Assembly: GCF_009834535.1 (NCBI RefSeq)
Contig: NC_045697.1
Coordinates: forward strand, 116,872,001 to 116,936,000
Direction of reading: 5' to 3'
DNA: 64,000 nt
Source of the DNA: Camelus ferus
Lineage: Eukaryota
Shown piece by piece: positions 41,771 through 54,299 of this stretch. The notes under the pieces are model-generated. The model searched no databases, was not told the origin of the DNA, and saw only the letters and a list, made by a program, of their open reading frames with translations. The position numbers and the translations under genes are program-made. The stretch's first letter is position 1, and every line of letters begins with the position of its first letter.

Positions 41771-41972
41771 TTTTTTTTTTTTCATTTTCATATTCTTCTT
41801 CATTATAGGTTACCACAGGATATTGAATATAGTTCCCTGTGCTCTACAATAGAAACTTGTTGTTAATCTATTTTATATATAGTAGTTAGTATCTGCACAT
41901 CTTGAATTCCCAGTTTGTCCCTTCCCACCCCCTTTTCCCCTTCTGGGAACCATCTGTTCTCTGTGTGACAGG
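41771..41972 (-). mobile_element. Short L1 3'UTR fragment with TSD
   Basis: L1 motifs; TSD cccacttttt at 41766-41775 and 41973-41982. Confidence 0.8.
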
Positions 41973-43543
41973 CCCACTTTTTGAAGACACGGCAAGAATG
42001 GATGGGGGTGCCGAAGTGTGGAAAGTCACTGGATTTCTGCAGATTCCTACTGAGCTTTGGGGAGCTGGTCTGGGCAGCCGAGACATCCTTGTTTAGGCTC
42101 TAGGCACATAACTCAGGTCACTTATAAGAACTTTTTTTTTTCTGACAGACAAAACTAACACTACCAGAAGGAAAATGGGATTTAAAAAAAGAAACTTTAG
42201 AAGAAAGGCAACATGTCTAAAAATATCCCCACCCACAAAATATTTGGCTGGAGCACCTGGATTTTTCTGAATATATTTTTAGTTAGGTAAACACTGAACG
42301 GATAGATTTTCCTAAAAGAAGAAAGAGTCATTTTATGGAAAAATGATGGTTGGCCATCATCTTCAGCTTCAGAAGTTCAATTTTGTAAAAATTTTGCCTT
42401 TTTTTTCTTTTTAAAGAGTGAGAAGCTGTGAATTTGAACAAGAGGCAGTAATGTGGTGAATAGTCATAACTGCTTAGTTGACAAGCTATACCCCCAAGTG
42501 GATTCTTTGTAGGGTTACTATCTAAGAACAGAGACACGTCAGTGGTAACTCTGGGGCTTCGCCACGTGACAGTGAAACGGCGTGATTGTTTTAATGCGTG
42601 CACTACACAAATACGTATATTAGAACCATGTGGCAGATACATAGGTATCTAAGATATGCTTTATTAGGCCTTAAAAAGTTAGGTAAAATCTGCTAAAACT
42701 AAGCAGAAATATATATATATATTTCTATATATAACTAAATTAAATGCCAAGAAAAGTGGCACTGAATTTAAGGATTATGGTTTCCTGGTCAAATTATTTC
42801 CGGTATATTGAATGTCAATTTGAAGGGAGGGCCATAAACAAAATTCTGGGAAGAGCTGGAGGCATGATTTAAGAGTTACTCAAGCCCTTGCTAGACAGAG
42901 ACACTGATACAAAGACAGAATTTAGCCTCCAGTTGGAGGCTGAGAAAAATAAAGTAAACCCCAGTGATCTGAGGTCTTACAGTCTGATTCTGTGTCTGTA
43001 GGTGTAACACACACACCCAACCCGTGTTAACATACACACCAAGCAGGCGCATGGATCTGAACTACAGGACTGACACACGGTTTTGGAGGCGAAGTTCAGC
43101 TGAACACACGTTTTCCGTAATAAGGTCTGTTGGACCTGAGAGACGCAGCCGTCTGTTGGGGAAGTGAAATCATCACAGGCTGTTGAGTGATTCAAAATTA
43201 GATCAGACAAAGCACCTTAAAAACACACTGTAGGAAGCAATCTGATGTGGAGAAAAAGGCAGTAAGAAGATGACCCAAGTTGGGTCTTTTCGACCTCTGA
43301 CTTTGAACGCTTTCTTGTAGTTTAAAAATGGAAAAGTATGATATTTACAGACGTCCTGAAAGCGAGGGTCTAAACTCTAAAGTGCTTGTTAGTCTACATA
43401 CGTGGCGCTCATAGCTCTCCTGTAGAAACAACAGAAATGTCACTACGTGTCTTAGTCCTTTCTCACCACTAGAAATCGACAATGAAGAAACAGCCTGGGG
43501 CTCAGGGCGCTCTTTAAGAAGTGCCTGGTGGATGTGTCCTTGA

Positions 43544-43820
43544 AAGTTAGTATCTGCAAATCTCAGAGTCTCAGTTTACCCCCCCACCCCCTCTTCCCTC
43601 CCTGGTAACCAGAAGTTTGTATTCATTCTATGCACAAAATAGATAAATGACAAGGTCCTACTATATAGCACTGGGAACTGTATTCAATACCTTGTAATAA
43701 CCTGTAATGGGAAAGAATCTGAAAAGGTATATATGTATCTATAGCTCTCACTGAATCACTATGCTGAACGCCAGAAATTAACCAACATTGTAAACTGACT
43801 ACAATGAAATTAAAAACAAA
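43544..43820 (+). mobile_element. L1 3' end with inverted 5' segment
   Basis: 43544-~43632 is antisense L1 3'UTR; ~43635-43820 is the adjoining downstream L1 sequence in sense orientation, ending in an A-rich tail. Confidence 0.75.
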
Positions 43821-45384
43821 GCTCTATACACATTTATTCAAAATGTGGTAGCCTGAATGAAATAGGATTAAGATTTTTTTTTTAACCATATATAACGTCA
43901 TTATAATTGGATAAAAACATATGGTGCTTTTTGGGGGGGAAATGGTATACAGATTCTTTGAGATTCATTAGCTAATGTTTGTTAAAAAGGGACCTTGGAT
44001 GAGAAGCAGCTTCCAGAAGTAATTTTTTATGTTCTCTCTGACCCTCTGGTCTTCACTTAAATAATTGGTGACCATGTACGAATCTCTTTATATCATTTGG
44101 TTTCTCTTATATTCACAGGCAGTCAAGGTTCTCCATAAAAGGAAAGAAATTCAGGGGAAAGGGTCCCATACAGGTTTCTAGTGGTTTCTAGTTCACGCGT
44201 CTTTCGTGTGCCCTAAAGGGGCTTGGTGGGCGCTCTCTTGCTCACCTTGGGGGAATGTTGGTACCCTTGGGTTCAGCGGATGCTCTTGAACCAGCAGTGG
44301 GAACTGGCTGTGCCCTGGAGTCAGCCTCTGTGGCCTTCTGGATAAACCACTGGTTAGACGTATCAGCCCCAAAGATCAGCTTCCTGGAGCCAGTTCTGAC
44401 GGAGACCTCCCTGATCTGCAGGTTGTTTGGAGACCCGCCGTGCACCCTCTGAGCTGTCCAGGTGCCGGTGGCTCCGTGACCACCCCGCCCATGTGACTGG
44501 TTTCATATAAACGTCGTAGAAAGTTGGCTTATGCTAACTCCTCTTCCAGTCCCTGCTTCCTGAGGTGTGCTATTCGATACCAAGTCCCTTTACGTGCAGA
44601 AAACAGAGATGAGGGTCACTGGTCCAGTGCCTGGAGTTTGCTGTGGTACTGAGGCAAAATTAAACCACTTCATTTTCCTTTAGGAGTAGTGGTGATGCTG
44701 AGGAGGTGCTGGCCATGGGCGGCATTTGCCTCGGCACCCAGTCCACTGATGGGTGGTGGAAGATGCCCAGTGAACAGCTGGCTGGCTGGCTGGCTGGCTG
44801 GATGGTTATTTCAGAACAGGCTACATTTTGAGACTGCTATTCCTGACACCCTTTCTTAGCACCTGGCCACCTAGAGCGGCCAACCCCACAGATCTGCGAA
44901 AACACAGGAGGGAGAGAAAGGACGGGAGTTCGGTGCCAGAAGAATCAAAGTGCCAGTCTGTGTTGAGGAATCTTTGAATCACAAGCATCTGTGCGACCTT
45001 GCCTAGCCTTCAACTCCTCAACGTGATGACCTAGGGGGACACTGGGAAACTGAAGACAAACACAGCTGTGTCTGAATCTTACCTTTGCTACTTGCGGGAA
45101 TTCTGCCCTGCAGATATTAAACCTCTCTGAGGCTGTTTTCCTCCATTGAAATGGAGAAATTACCTTTTGCCTTGGAAGCTTGGTTTTTTTTTTTTTTTAA
45201 CTCCTTCCCCACAATAAGGTTTTGTTTGGTTTCTTTTTTTTTTTTTTTTTTCTTTTGGAAGCTTGTTTTGAGATAAAACACTTCCTACAGTGTGCACGTG
45301 TGTGTCTGGACAGTAGTACTAACAGTTTTTATTTTTTCAAGGATCTTCTCGATGCCTAGGTCAGGGCTGGAGCGTGTCCGGACC

Positions 45385-45545
45385 CTTTCATTAATCCTCT
45401 GACTAAATGCACAAGGTGAATGCTATCATCCCCATTTTACAGATGATCAAATTGAGAGTCAGTGCAGTAAAGGCATCGCAGAGCTGCAAAGTGTGAGAGC
45501 CGATACTGGACTTTACGTTTATCTGATTCCTGAGCCCAGACTTTA
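45385..45545 (-). mobile_element. MIR SINE
   Basis: tgctatcatccccattttacagatgatcaaattgagagtcag core. Confidence 0.75.
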
Positions 45546-46161
45546 ATTTACCCTGAAGAATAAATATTATTTCTTCCCTTGCCCCAAAGAAATGGAAATG
45601 ACACAATTCTCCCTTTTCTAGTTCATCTGTTTACCCTCTTCTGTAAGGTAGTGGTCCTGTTCCCCCAGTAAACCCCAGGAGGCCCAACTGCTCTGCTTAT
45701 CCTGCTCACCTATTTTGAATCCAGCCGTGGGCTTCATACAAGTAATGTGTTGGGTTTCATGATTGAACTTAACATCTTGTCAATAGATTTGTCCTCCGTT
45801 ATTTCAGGTTAGATGCTGCAGCACGGAAGTCCAGAGAGGTTCAGAGATGCAGTTGAATTCTAGAGACACTGGGGTGACTCAGGTTTTCTATAACACAACC
45901 TGAGGGCGAGAATAAGATACAGCCTTCCGGGTGGGTCACAGGACAGTGGTTTCTAGCTTCTGTCCTGAATAGAATCAGATTCTTCTGGCCATGCGTCCAC
46001 CCATGATGTCAGTGGGAACTTTGAATGTTAAGGGTGGAGATGCTTAACTTGGATGATCTGACCTTGGAGCTGTTAGCAGAAGCTGGAAATGCTCATGCTG
46101 TGCCTGAGTCAGAAGGATGTGAACCTTGGACTTACTCTGACAGTTGCCTTTAATTAAATGA

Positions 46162-46521
<360 letters not shown>

Positions 46522-49352
46522 TAAGTTTTATGATGCAGTGACAGAGGGAGGACCTCACATTTATACTGTATAAGTAGTGAGGTTTTGAGGAAACTCACAT
46601 CCTGTGTCTGATCGGTGGAGCCCTGAGAAGGAACCAGGGAACGGGGGCCCTGAGAAGGGACTCAAGACAGATCATCACCGACTCACACCACCTGCAGAGC
46701 TCCCACTGCATCTCACGTCCGCCGTGTGGCTTGGCTCTCACTGTGACAACCAACGTGGGTGACGTGGGAAGCCCGCAGGGGTCTCTGAAATAGAAACTGC
46801 AGGGATAAGCAAGTGGCAAAAGCTCTGTCACCAGGACCCAGGACAGGGGAGTCACAGATGTGCAGATACTGACGTGCAGGATGTCCAATGGCGGAATAAA
46901 CTCAAGTGACTTTATCAACACGTGGAAAGTCAGAGCCAATCGGCTGAGTAGAACACAGTGTCAAAGGCCAATGAACGGCTGTTTATTCAAATAGGGGGGC
47001 TTTCTGAGCACTTGAAAATCCTTCCATAGACGTAGATTAAGGGAAAAAGGTATCCTGAGCTTACATATATTTGGAAACCAAGGGACTAAGACACTTAAGG
47101 GTGGCAGAAACCTCACTGTAGAGTCTGAGCTGTTTGCCCCCAGCCACGGAGTCTGCGGCTGGATTTCAGGCTTCCCCTCATAACCACCCTTCCTGGTCTC
47201 CCTTGGGCAAAAATCAGAGTCACTAGAAGGGGGGCTGTGTCTGAGACTTGAAGATAAAAGATGCTCTAGTGTAACAGTCGGCCAGCTTTGTGAAGCTGAG
47301 TGACGGCTGGGAGCGCAGGGGCGAGTCTGAATTTGACGGGAGAACCCAGGTCCTCCAAGTCTGGTCATTTTTCTGCGGAATGTCATTGTTCCTGCTGTTA
47401 CTATTACTCTTTTTACTAAACCTTTGAAGCCTATTTCAACAGTTCTTCCCAGCACCATGAGTTAGGGAGCGTGGATTTTATGTACTGTCAACACTAGAGA
47501 GGATGCGTTTCGTGAGTCCCCATTCCATGCGTCTTGGCCGTGTCTTTCCCTGTTAATACCCACTCCTCGCACCTCTTTGTGGACTGAAGGTAGAGTGTAT
47601 AGCAGATTCTCTTCTCTCTGTGTCTAAACTAAGAAGATTGTAGGTGTGGGGAAATTTACACCCCAGAGGCATCACTTCCTGGGTTGATATTACAGTGTCT
47701 TAAATCCCGGAATTTCCTCTTAGAATTAAGAGTGCCTGGAGACCCTACCTATCCCATACATTCATAAAAATATGAATAATATTTTACTTGTGCTTTCAAA
47801 GAAGATTTAACTTTAAATGCATTATGAGGAGTAATGAGCTTCAAGTTAAATCTTCTTTGAATAAGTAATTTACACCTTCCAAAGCAAAAATGAAGACTTG
47901 GCTAACCCAGATTTATGCCTGGAATATTTCTATGATTCCGGGTAATGCAAAAGCAGGTAATTTTTTCTTCCTTTATGAAAAGAATTTGTCACGAAAGAGA
48001 TCCATGGTTATAATGGTCTCATCTCATCATTCTGCCACAGCTAAATTGGTTCAAGGGCCATAGAATTTATAAATCACGGATTATGAATACTTCATAGAGC
48101 AAAGGTGCTTACTTAATTAATACTGTGGTCACTAAATTATATAGCACATGTCTTCAGGGAGCTTGGAGCATCTGATTAGCATTCTTTAACCCCACACTGA
48201 CTCAGGCCCATTAAGCACGTCCAGCTCTGCGGCCTCTGGTCTGTCTCCAGCATCAGCGATGCTGGAACACGTGGACAGCTTGTTCTCATGGCCCTCGGCG
48301 CCGTCCCCAGCCTGCTCCACTGAAATTTGTAAAAGGTGCTTGGAGGCCAGAAACTTCTAGCAAACTATACTCTTGAAACATGTTCTCTTTTAGTGTTTTA
48401 GGGACAACTGAGTTTACTTTGAAGATGACTATTAAATCCCAATATTTTTATGGTGCTTTCAGCAGCATTTTCATGAAAGCTGGGAGAGAGACCAAACTGG
48501 AGATGTAGCAAACCATTGCTTATAATTTTGGATCAGAAATGTTATTAATCCTTCAGAGAATGCAGGAGCTAGACCCCTGGCTTTATGCTTATTTTTATTT
48601 TTATTTTTTTCCTTAATGAAGAACAGAAAGCACAATGCTCTCTCTTTAGCTCATTCAGCAAGGAGCCTTCTAAACTGATCTCAGGTTTTCCAGGAGAGAT
48701 GCTTCATTGTGGAATGCCCTGGCTCTCCAACCTGACTTCTGCTGAATTTATTTGCAAGCAATTTAGTACTCTAGTTCAATGGAATGTTCCCAGATTCTTA
48801 GAATTCCTGAAGGATCATCCGAATCAAAGGCAATTCTTTATTTAATTGGGCATTTCGGAATGATTTCTTTCTCTAGACTACATGCATTTTGGGTGATTTC
48901 ACATCAAATCCAGTCATGCAACTTCTGTTCAGGAAGAGAACTTTACTGACATTGTCAGCATCTTGCTTCTATGTTTTCTTGCATAAAACTGCGTTTTGAC
49001 ACTTCGGAGGGTATGTTCTGCTTGACAGATTACAGTGGTTTCTCTGAGGGAGATGGAGCTTGCAATTGAGGAAAGTATTTTTGCCAGGTTCTCCAAATTC
49101 TTCCTAATTCTGTGCCTCTCTTTGCCTACATATAATGATCTTAAGTAAGATGTTAGCATGTCAAGTTCTCAATGGTGTAGAAGAGTCAGAAATTGACACA
49201 ACACTGTAAACTGACTATACGCCAATAACCTATTCTTCTAGCACATAATTATTAAAGAGGTGTCAGCTTGACAGTGACAAAAATGACTTGATTCTCGAGG
49301 CGTTACCTGATAGTGTGATTTGGGCCAGACTGAATGACTATGGATGAAATAA

Positions 49353-49577
<225 letters not shown>

Positions 49578-51905
49578 CAGAACGCTCTCTCAGCCAGGGG
49601 ACGGGCTGTTATGTGTGCCTTTCCGTTTTTGGTTTTGAGTCAAGTCCACAGACCTCAAGCCTTTTTCAGAACGAGGCTATGGCCATGAATGCATGGAATC
49701 AATGAATTGAATCAAGGGTACATGGTGAGTGTGAACACTTGAAGCTGACTCGAGAAGCTCTGGAAACCCATACGGATAAAAAGATACTCGTTTACGTTTT
49801 CCTTTAACATCACTGCGCGGGAGTCTTAGCGTCAGAGTGGCTGCACTGGCTGTCCCGTGATAAAGCACTGGTCACGTCGTGTAACAGGACAGCGTAAACC
49901 CGAGGTAGGGACTCCTTCAACAGAGCGGATCTGATGCCACTTTGACTGGTCTGACCAAATGCCCATGGGAACCATTCTGGACATTTTTCTGTTGCTGATT
50001 GTTACAACAGGGCAGTCCCAAGGCTGCCCAGAGACAGCTCTACGGTGGAAAACCGGGGCCATGATCCGCAGAAACATCGGAGCACACAATAACTCTAGGT
50101 GGAAATGGTGGTTTATTTGTAAACCCCTCAGTGTATATTCTATTGGACCTACAAATGACCAGCCAGCTCTGTGATCCTGAGCAGCAAGCATCATTTTCCA
50201 TTCCTTCCTAGGCGTGCCCTTTCTTGTCACTATGGAAACCATCCACACCTGACAATTTACACGTTAGGTGTAGTTTTACTCTCTCACTGTTGGTCCAGCT
50301 TGTGTCCGATGGCTTAGAAATTAATCGCTTTTCGGGTATAAAGTTACCTATGTGAAACTGCACTTAGCGGATCTCTTTTTTAAAGTGGATACTGTTTTAA
50401 AATTTTTTGTCATTTTTACCAAAGATGTACCATACTTTCTGTATGTATATTTTATTAATAATAGTGGATCTCTTCAAATTTGTTCCATATAATTGTATTT
50501 AAACTGATTTAATTGATGTCATCCAGGATCAGATATGGAGTGTGTTCAACATATTGTTTAGCTTGTTCTCATGTGAATAATATGAACAAACTAAATTAAA
50601 GCCCAGCCCTGATCAGTTCTCCTCAGTGTAAGCTCATGGCTAGAACTAAAACAGCAAGTCAGAGGGTATTAAGCCTCAAATAATTCTCCTTGAACTCTAC
50701 CAACTTTTTAATGCGGTGGGAGGGTGTGGACACAGAGCAGGTCACCTGCTGGGCCTTTGTGTCCTTGGAGATCCCCTGTCATCGGACAAGATGGATGTTC
50801 ATACGGAGGTTCCAAACCTTGAACAAATCATGATTACCCTCCCACCACCTTCCACTCCCTACCCCTCATTTAAAAGCTAACATACTGACTTCTCCTTTCT
50901 CTGAAAGCTTAAAAATACAACTTAAGAATGTTTATAATACAGGCTATCCTCTGTTTTCTCAGTTCCACATGTTTTTGCTAGACTACGCCCTCTTTTCTGT
51001 GTTCTGATCAAGGGTAACTCAATGTCACCGTAAATTAGAACTATTCAACACGTTACGACAAATGCTAGGTTTTTTTTAAAAAAGAGCATATCTATAGATT
51101 TTAATTTATACAAATGTATGGGAGCAAAATGTCAAACTAATATGTTGAGTACCAGAGAAGGTGGACCAAGGGACAGGGAATGTTAGATCATCTAATTATA
51201 ACTGTTTCAGGCTTGCGTTCAGGTCTGACTTTCAGCATCCTCACTTGTCGGCTGACTCTTGGAGAGCTGGTCTCCAGACCATTCTCTCTTTGATATTCCC
51301 TGGTGAAATATTTGCATTTTACTATGCTTTTTATGGACTAGACCATCCTACACAAATTTGTGACGCTGGTGCTGGGAATCCCAGGTTCCTCAGAAGTGGC
51401 TTTAATTTTACACCTCATACTCCACTGCTTCTGGGCAGCTAGGTCCTCCTGCTGGGGGGTCTGGTGGTTTGTCTGCCTCCAGTTATTCTGAAATGCTGAA
51501 TGTTGAACGCAAGGCCCAGGAACACGTGTTTGTTTTGGTCACCTTTGCTTTTTAACAATGCTTTTTGTTTTAGACTCAGCGAATAATTCAGGCTGTATTA
51601 GTTTCAGATGATAGGTAGCTGGAGGCCAGGGTTTTCGTCCTAATGATTAATATTCTTCTCTTCTCTCACTGAAAACAGTGGGGATGCTCTGTGCCTTTCG
51701 GATGCAGTCCAACGATGCTGTGGTTTGGTTCACAGAAGCACATGATGTGGCTTATTTATAACTTGATAAACTTAAGATAGAGCAGTTTACCTTGGCAGAC
51801 ATACAAAAGCTTATTCTTGGGCGATTAATTATTTTTAAGCTGATGTTATGAAAATAAATATGTATCTGAAAAATCTGTAATAAAAATATTGGAAATTAAA
51901 AACTC
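49578..51905 (+). other. GASK1B: GASK1B 3'UTR (~2.3 kb)
   Basis: Largely repeat-poor sequence from the stop codon to the poly(A)-signal cluster. Confidence 0.6.
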
Positions 51906-51940
51906 ATGCTTTTTATTCTGTAGATTTTTTTTTTTTTGTA
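51853..51940 (+). terminator. Polyadenylation signal cluster
   Basis: AATAAA at 51853-51858 and 51879-51884, ATTAAA at 51895-51900, then a U/GU-rich downstream element (ttttattctgtagattttttttttttttgtag). Confidence 0.65.
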
Positions 51941-54164
51941 GATGGGTTGCTTTTCAGAAGTTATGTTTAGGAGAATGTTGGTTACCTTTATCCATGAGAA
52001 AAGAAACCATTGAATAATTTAGAGTTGCACTGGGTTGTGTCTGCGTTTGCATATATTTGATTGCATTAATAGTGATATGACACCTTCTCTTGGTGTACGT
52101 ATAGCATTGTTTTAGGTGGTATGCAAATTAGTTCATAGATGTCACAAGCTATAAGAGAACACTAATTTGGTGTTTTCTCTGCTTGGGGTGAGTTTTACCA
52201 TTATATTTAAAATTTTCTTTATAACATTCATATTTATTAAGCTTATCAGGCACCTGGGGAACTTACTGAAATGCAAAATGTCTTAGACTCATGCTCAAAA
52301 TATTTATAATCTCTGAACTTGTGTGATAGCTTGTTTATACCATTGGACTTTTAAATATACATTAAATTACACCTAGTGAATAAAATAACCTACATGTAGA
52401 TTCATCTACACATTGTCTTATAAATTCTGATGTTTATCTCAGCACAGAACAAGCTGGGCACATTTAGGGCACAAGCCTGAAAATGTGCCACGGGAACTGT
52501 ACATGGGTCAGATAAAGATGATGGAGACCTGTCTCTAAAAACTGCATAATGTCATCAAGAATGAAAGATTCATATATGAAAGACGATGCAACTTGTCAGA
52601 AGAGAATTCCAAGTGTCCTTCCAGTGCGATGCTGGGCCTGGTTTTGTATTGAATGGGCTGTTTGGTAAAGCTGTAGGTCAGAGGTTAACTTGAAAATTTT
52701 TATCCCTGGGAAATGCAAATAATTTCTGTCTGGTGGAAAAGACAACCCTAATGGTTTTACAGTTTATTACCTTGTTGGACATTAACCAGTCTTTACATCT
52801 AGTCCAACAACCTCATCCGAACATTGCCTATAAACATTCAGCTTTTGAAATACACTTGGAAATGCTTTTACCATCTTACTGGTTCCTGCGTTAGTTAATT
52901 ACTTGACTAAAATTTTGACATGTTCATTTTACATTTGCTAAAAGTTGCAGTTTTACCTTTAAGAAAATTTTACTTTAATAAACTTTTGACTGCAGGGTCA
53001 TAGAATTTTCTCTGCTTGACAGTCCTGATTTTACAATTTTGAAACTTTTACTTTCACGGACTCTCAAAACAGTTACATAATTTTAAGTACTGAATGTTAC
53101 CGGTTGATCAACTTCTTAAGTTTAGTTTCATCTACTTCTTTAACTTATTAAAAATTATTAGTTGATTTTCAACTTGAAAGGTCTCTGACTCAGAAGGTTT
53201 GCTGGTAGGCTGTTTTGCAACCTAGAAACACACATGGTGGGTGAATGAAGTTGTCACAGAAATCTTTTCTCCCACCATCAATGCCTATGGTTAAATTAGT
53301 GCAGCATTTTTTTTTTTAATCTTAGAAAAGGACCTGTTTAACCTCACGTTTCCAAAGTGCATTTTATTTGTTGATAAAAATATGCACAATTTTGTACACA
53401 GTAAGAAATCTCTATGCATCTTCTTTCCAAAAATGTAATCTGTATTTCTGAGCAATGCTTGTCAAGTTTTCTAAAGCTTTTGAGACAAAGAGCTAAAAAA
53501 AAAAAAGTAAAGAAAACTTCCCTTGTCAGTGGCTTTAATCACATACTGCAAAATGGCTAGCTAGCTGTGCTATATTTCAAAAGGCAAACTGGCTGCAGGG
53601 AGTGGGCCCAGTCGCTAAATGAGACAGAAACAGCTGTGATTTTGCAAGACGGGCCAACATTTTCTTTAGCTCCAGGACACCAGACATTATCTGGCTCATA
53701 AAGTTCTCTATGTTATTGGCTCCATTTCTGTTTAGGAGAACAAGGGTTCTTGTTCCATATCCTCGTTTCAGGCCCTCAGGAGTATTAAAAGTTGAGGTCA
53801 ATGTTATTTTTTTTTTAACCTCAGAGTACTTAAAAAAAAAAGAACTATGATTCAGAAGTCCTCTGTAACTTTGTGAGAATACGTTAGGACTAAGCTTGCA
53901 AATGTCACGTCTTTCCTAGGAGAATTCTGAAATAATTTGCAGCATCTCCCAGGAGAGTCAACCTTCCCTCTCAATCTGGTAACAAGTGACAGTTATAGGA
54001 CCTTCCCAAGAGTTTTGGTGACAATTGTGGCAGTGCCATTTGCTGCTAGTGATGTGTCATTTCCTTTTTCTTACTTTATTGTTGTTGCAAATAGAGATAA
54101 AATGCGTTGAAAGAGGAGTGACCCAGAGTAGCAAGCGCCTAATTAAGGACATAGGTTACTAATT

Positions 54165-54299
54165 AAATCTTGACTTGAGCCCCAGGCTGCCTCCCAGTTG
54201 CCAGTAATAACACACCTTCAAGTTGGGACAACCGAAAATGCCTCCACGTATTGTAAACTTGCCCGAGAGGCAGAGTCATCCCTGGTTCAGAAACACTGC
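54165..54299. mobile_element. MER20-like hAT fragment
   Basis: caagttgggacaaccgaaaatgcctccacgtattgtaaacttgccc...ctggttcagaaacactg. Confidence 0.6.

Noticed and set aside
42704..42725. Palindrome agaaatatatatatatatttct
   Set aside because: Mostly a (TA)n run, which is trivially self-complementary.
46595..47458. Minus-strand ORFs of 114 and 165 aa in the last intron
   Set aside because: No recognisable domain or exon structure; chance ORFs in moderately GC-rich intron.
49900..50050. Faint MER20-like similarity in the 3'UTR
   Set aside because: Too degenerate to call by eye.
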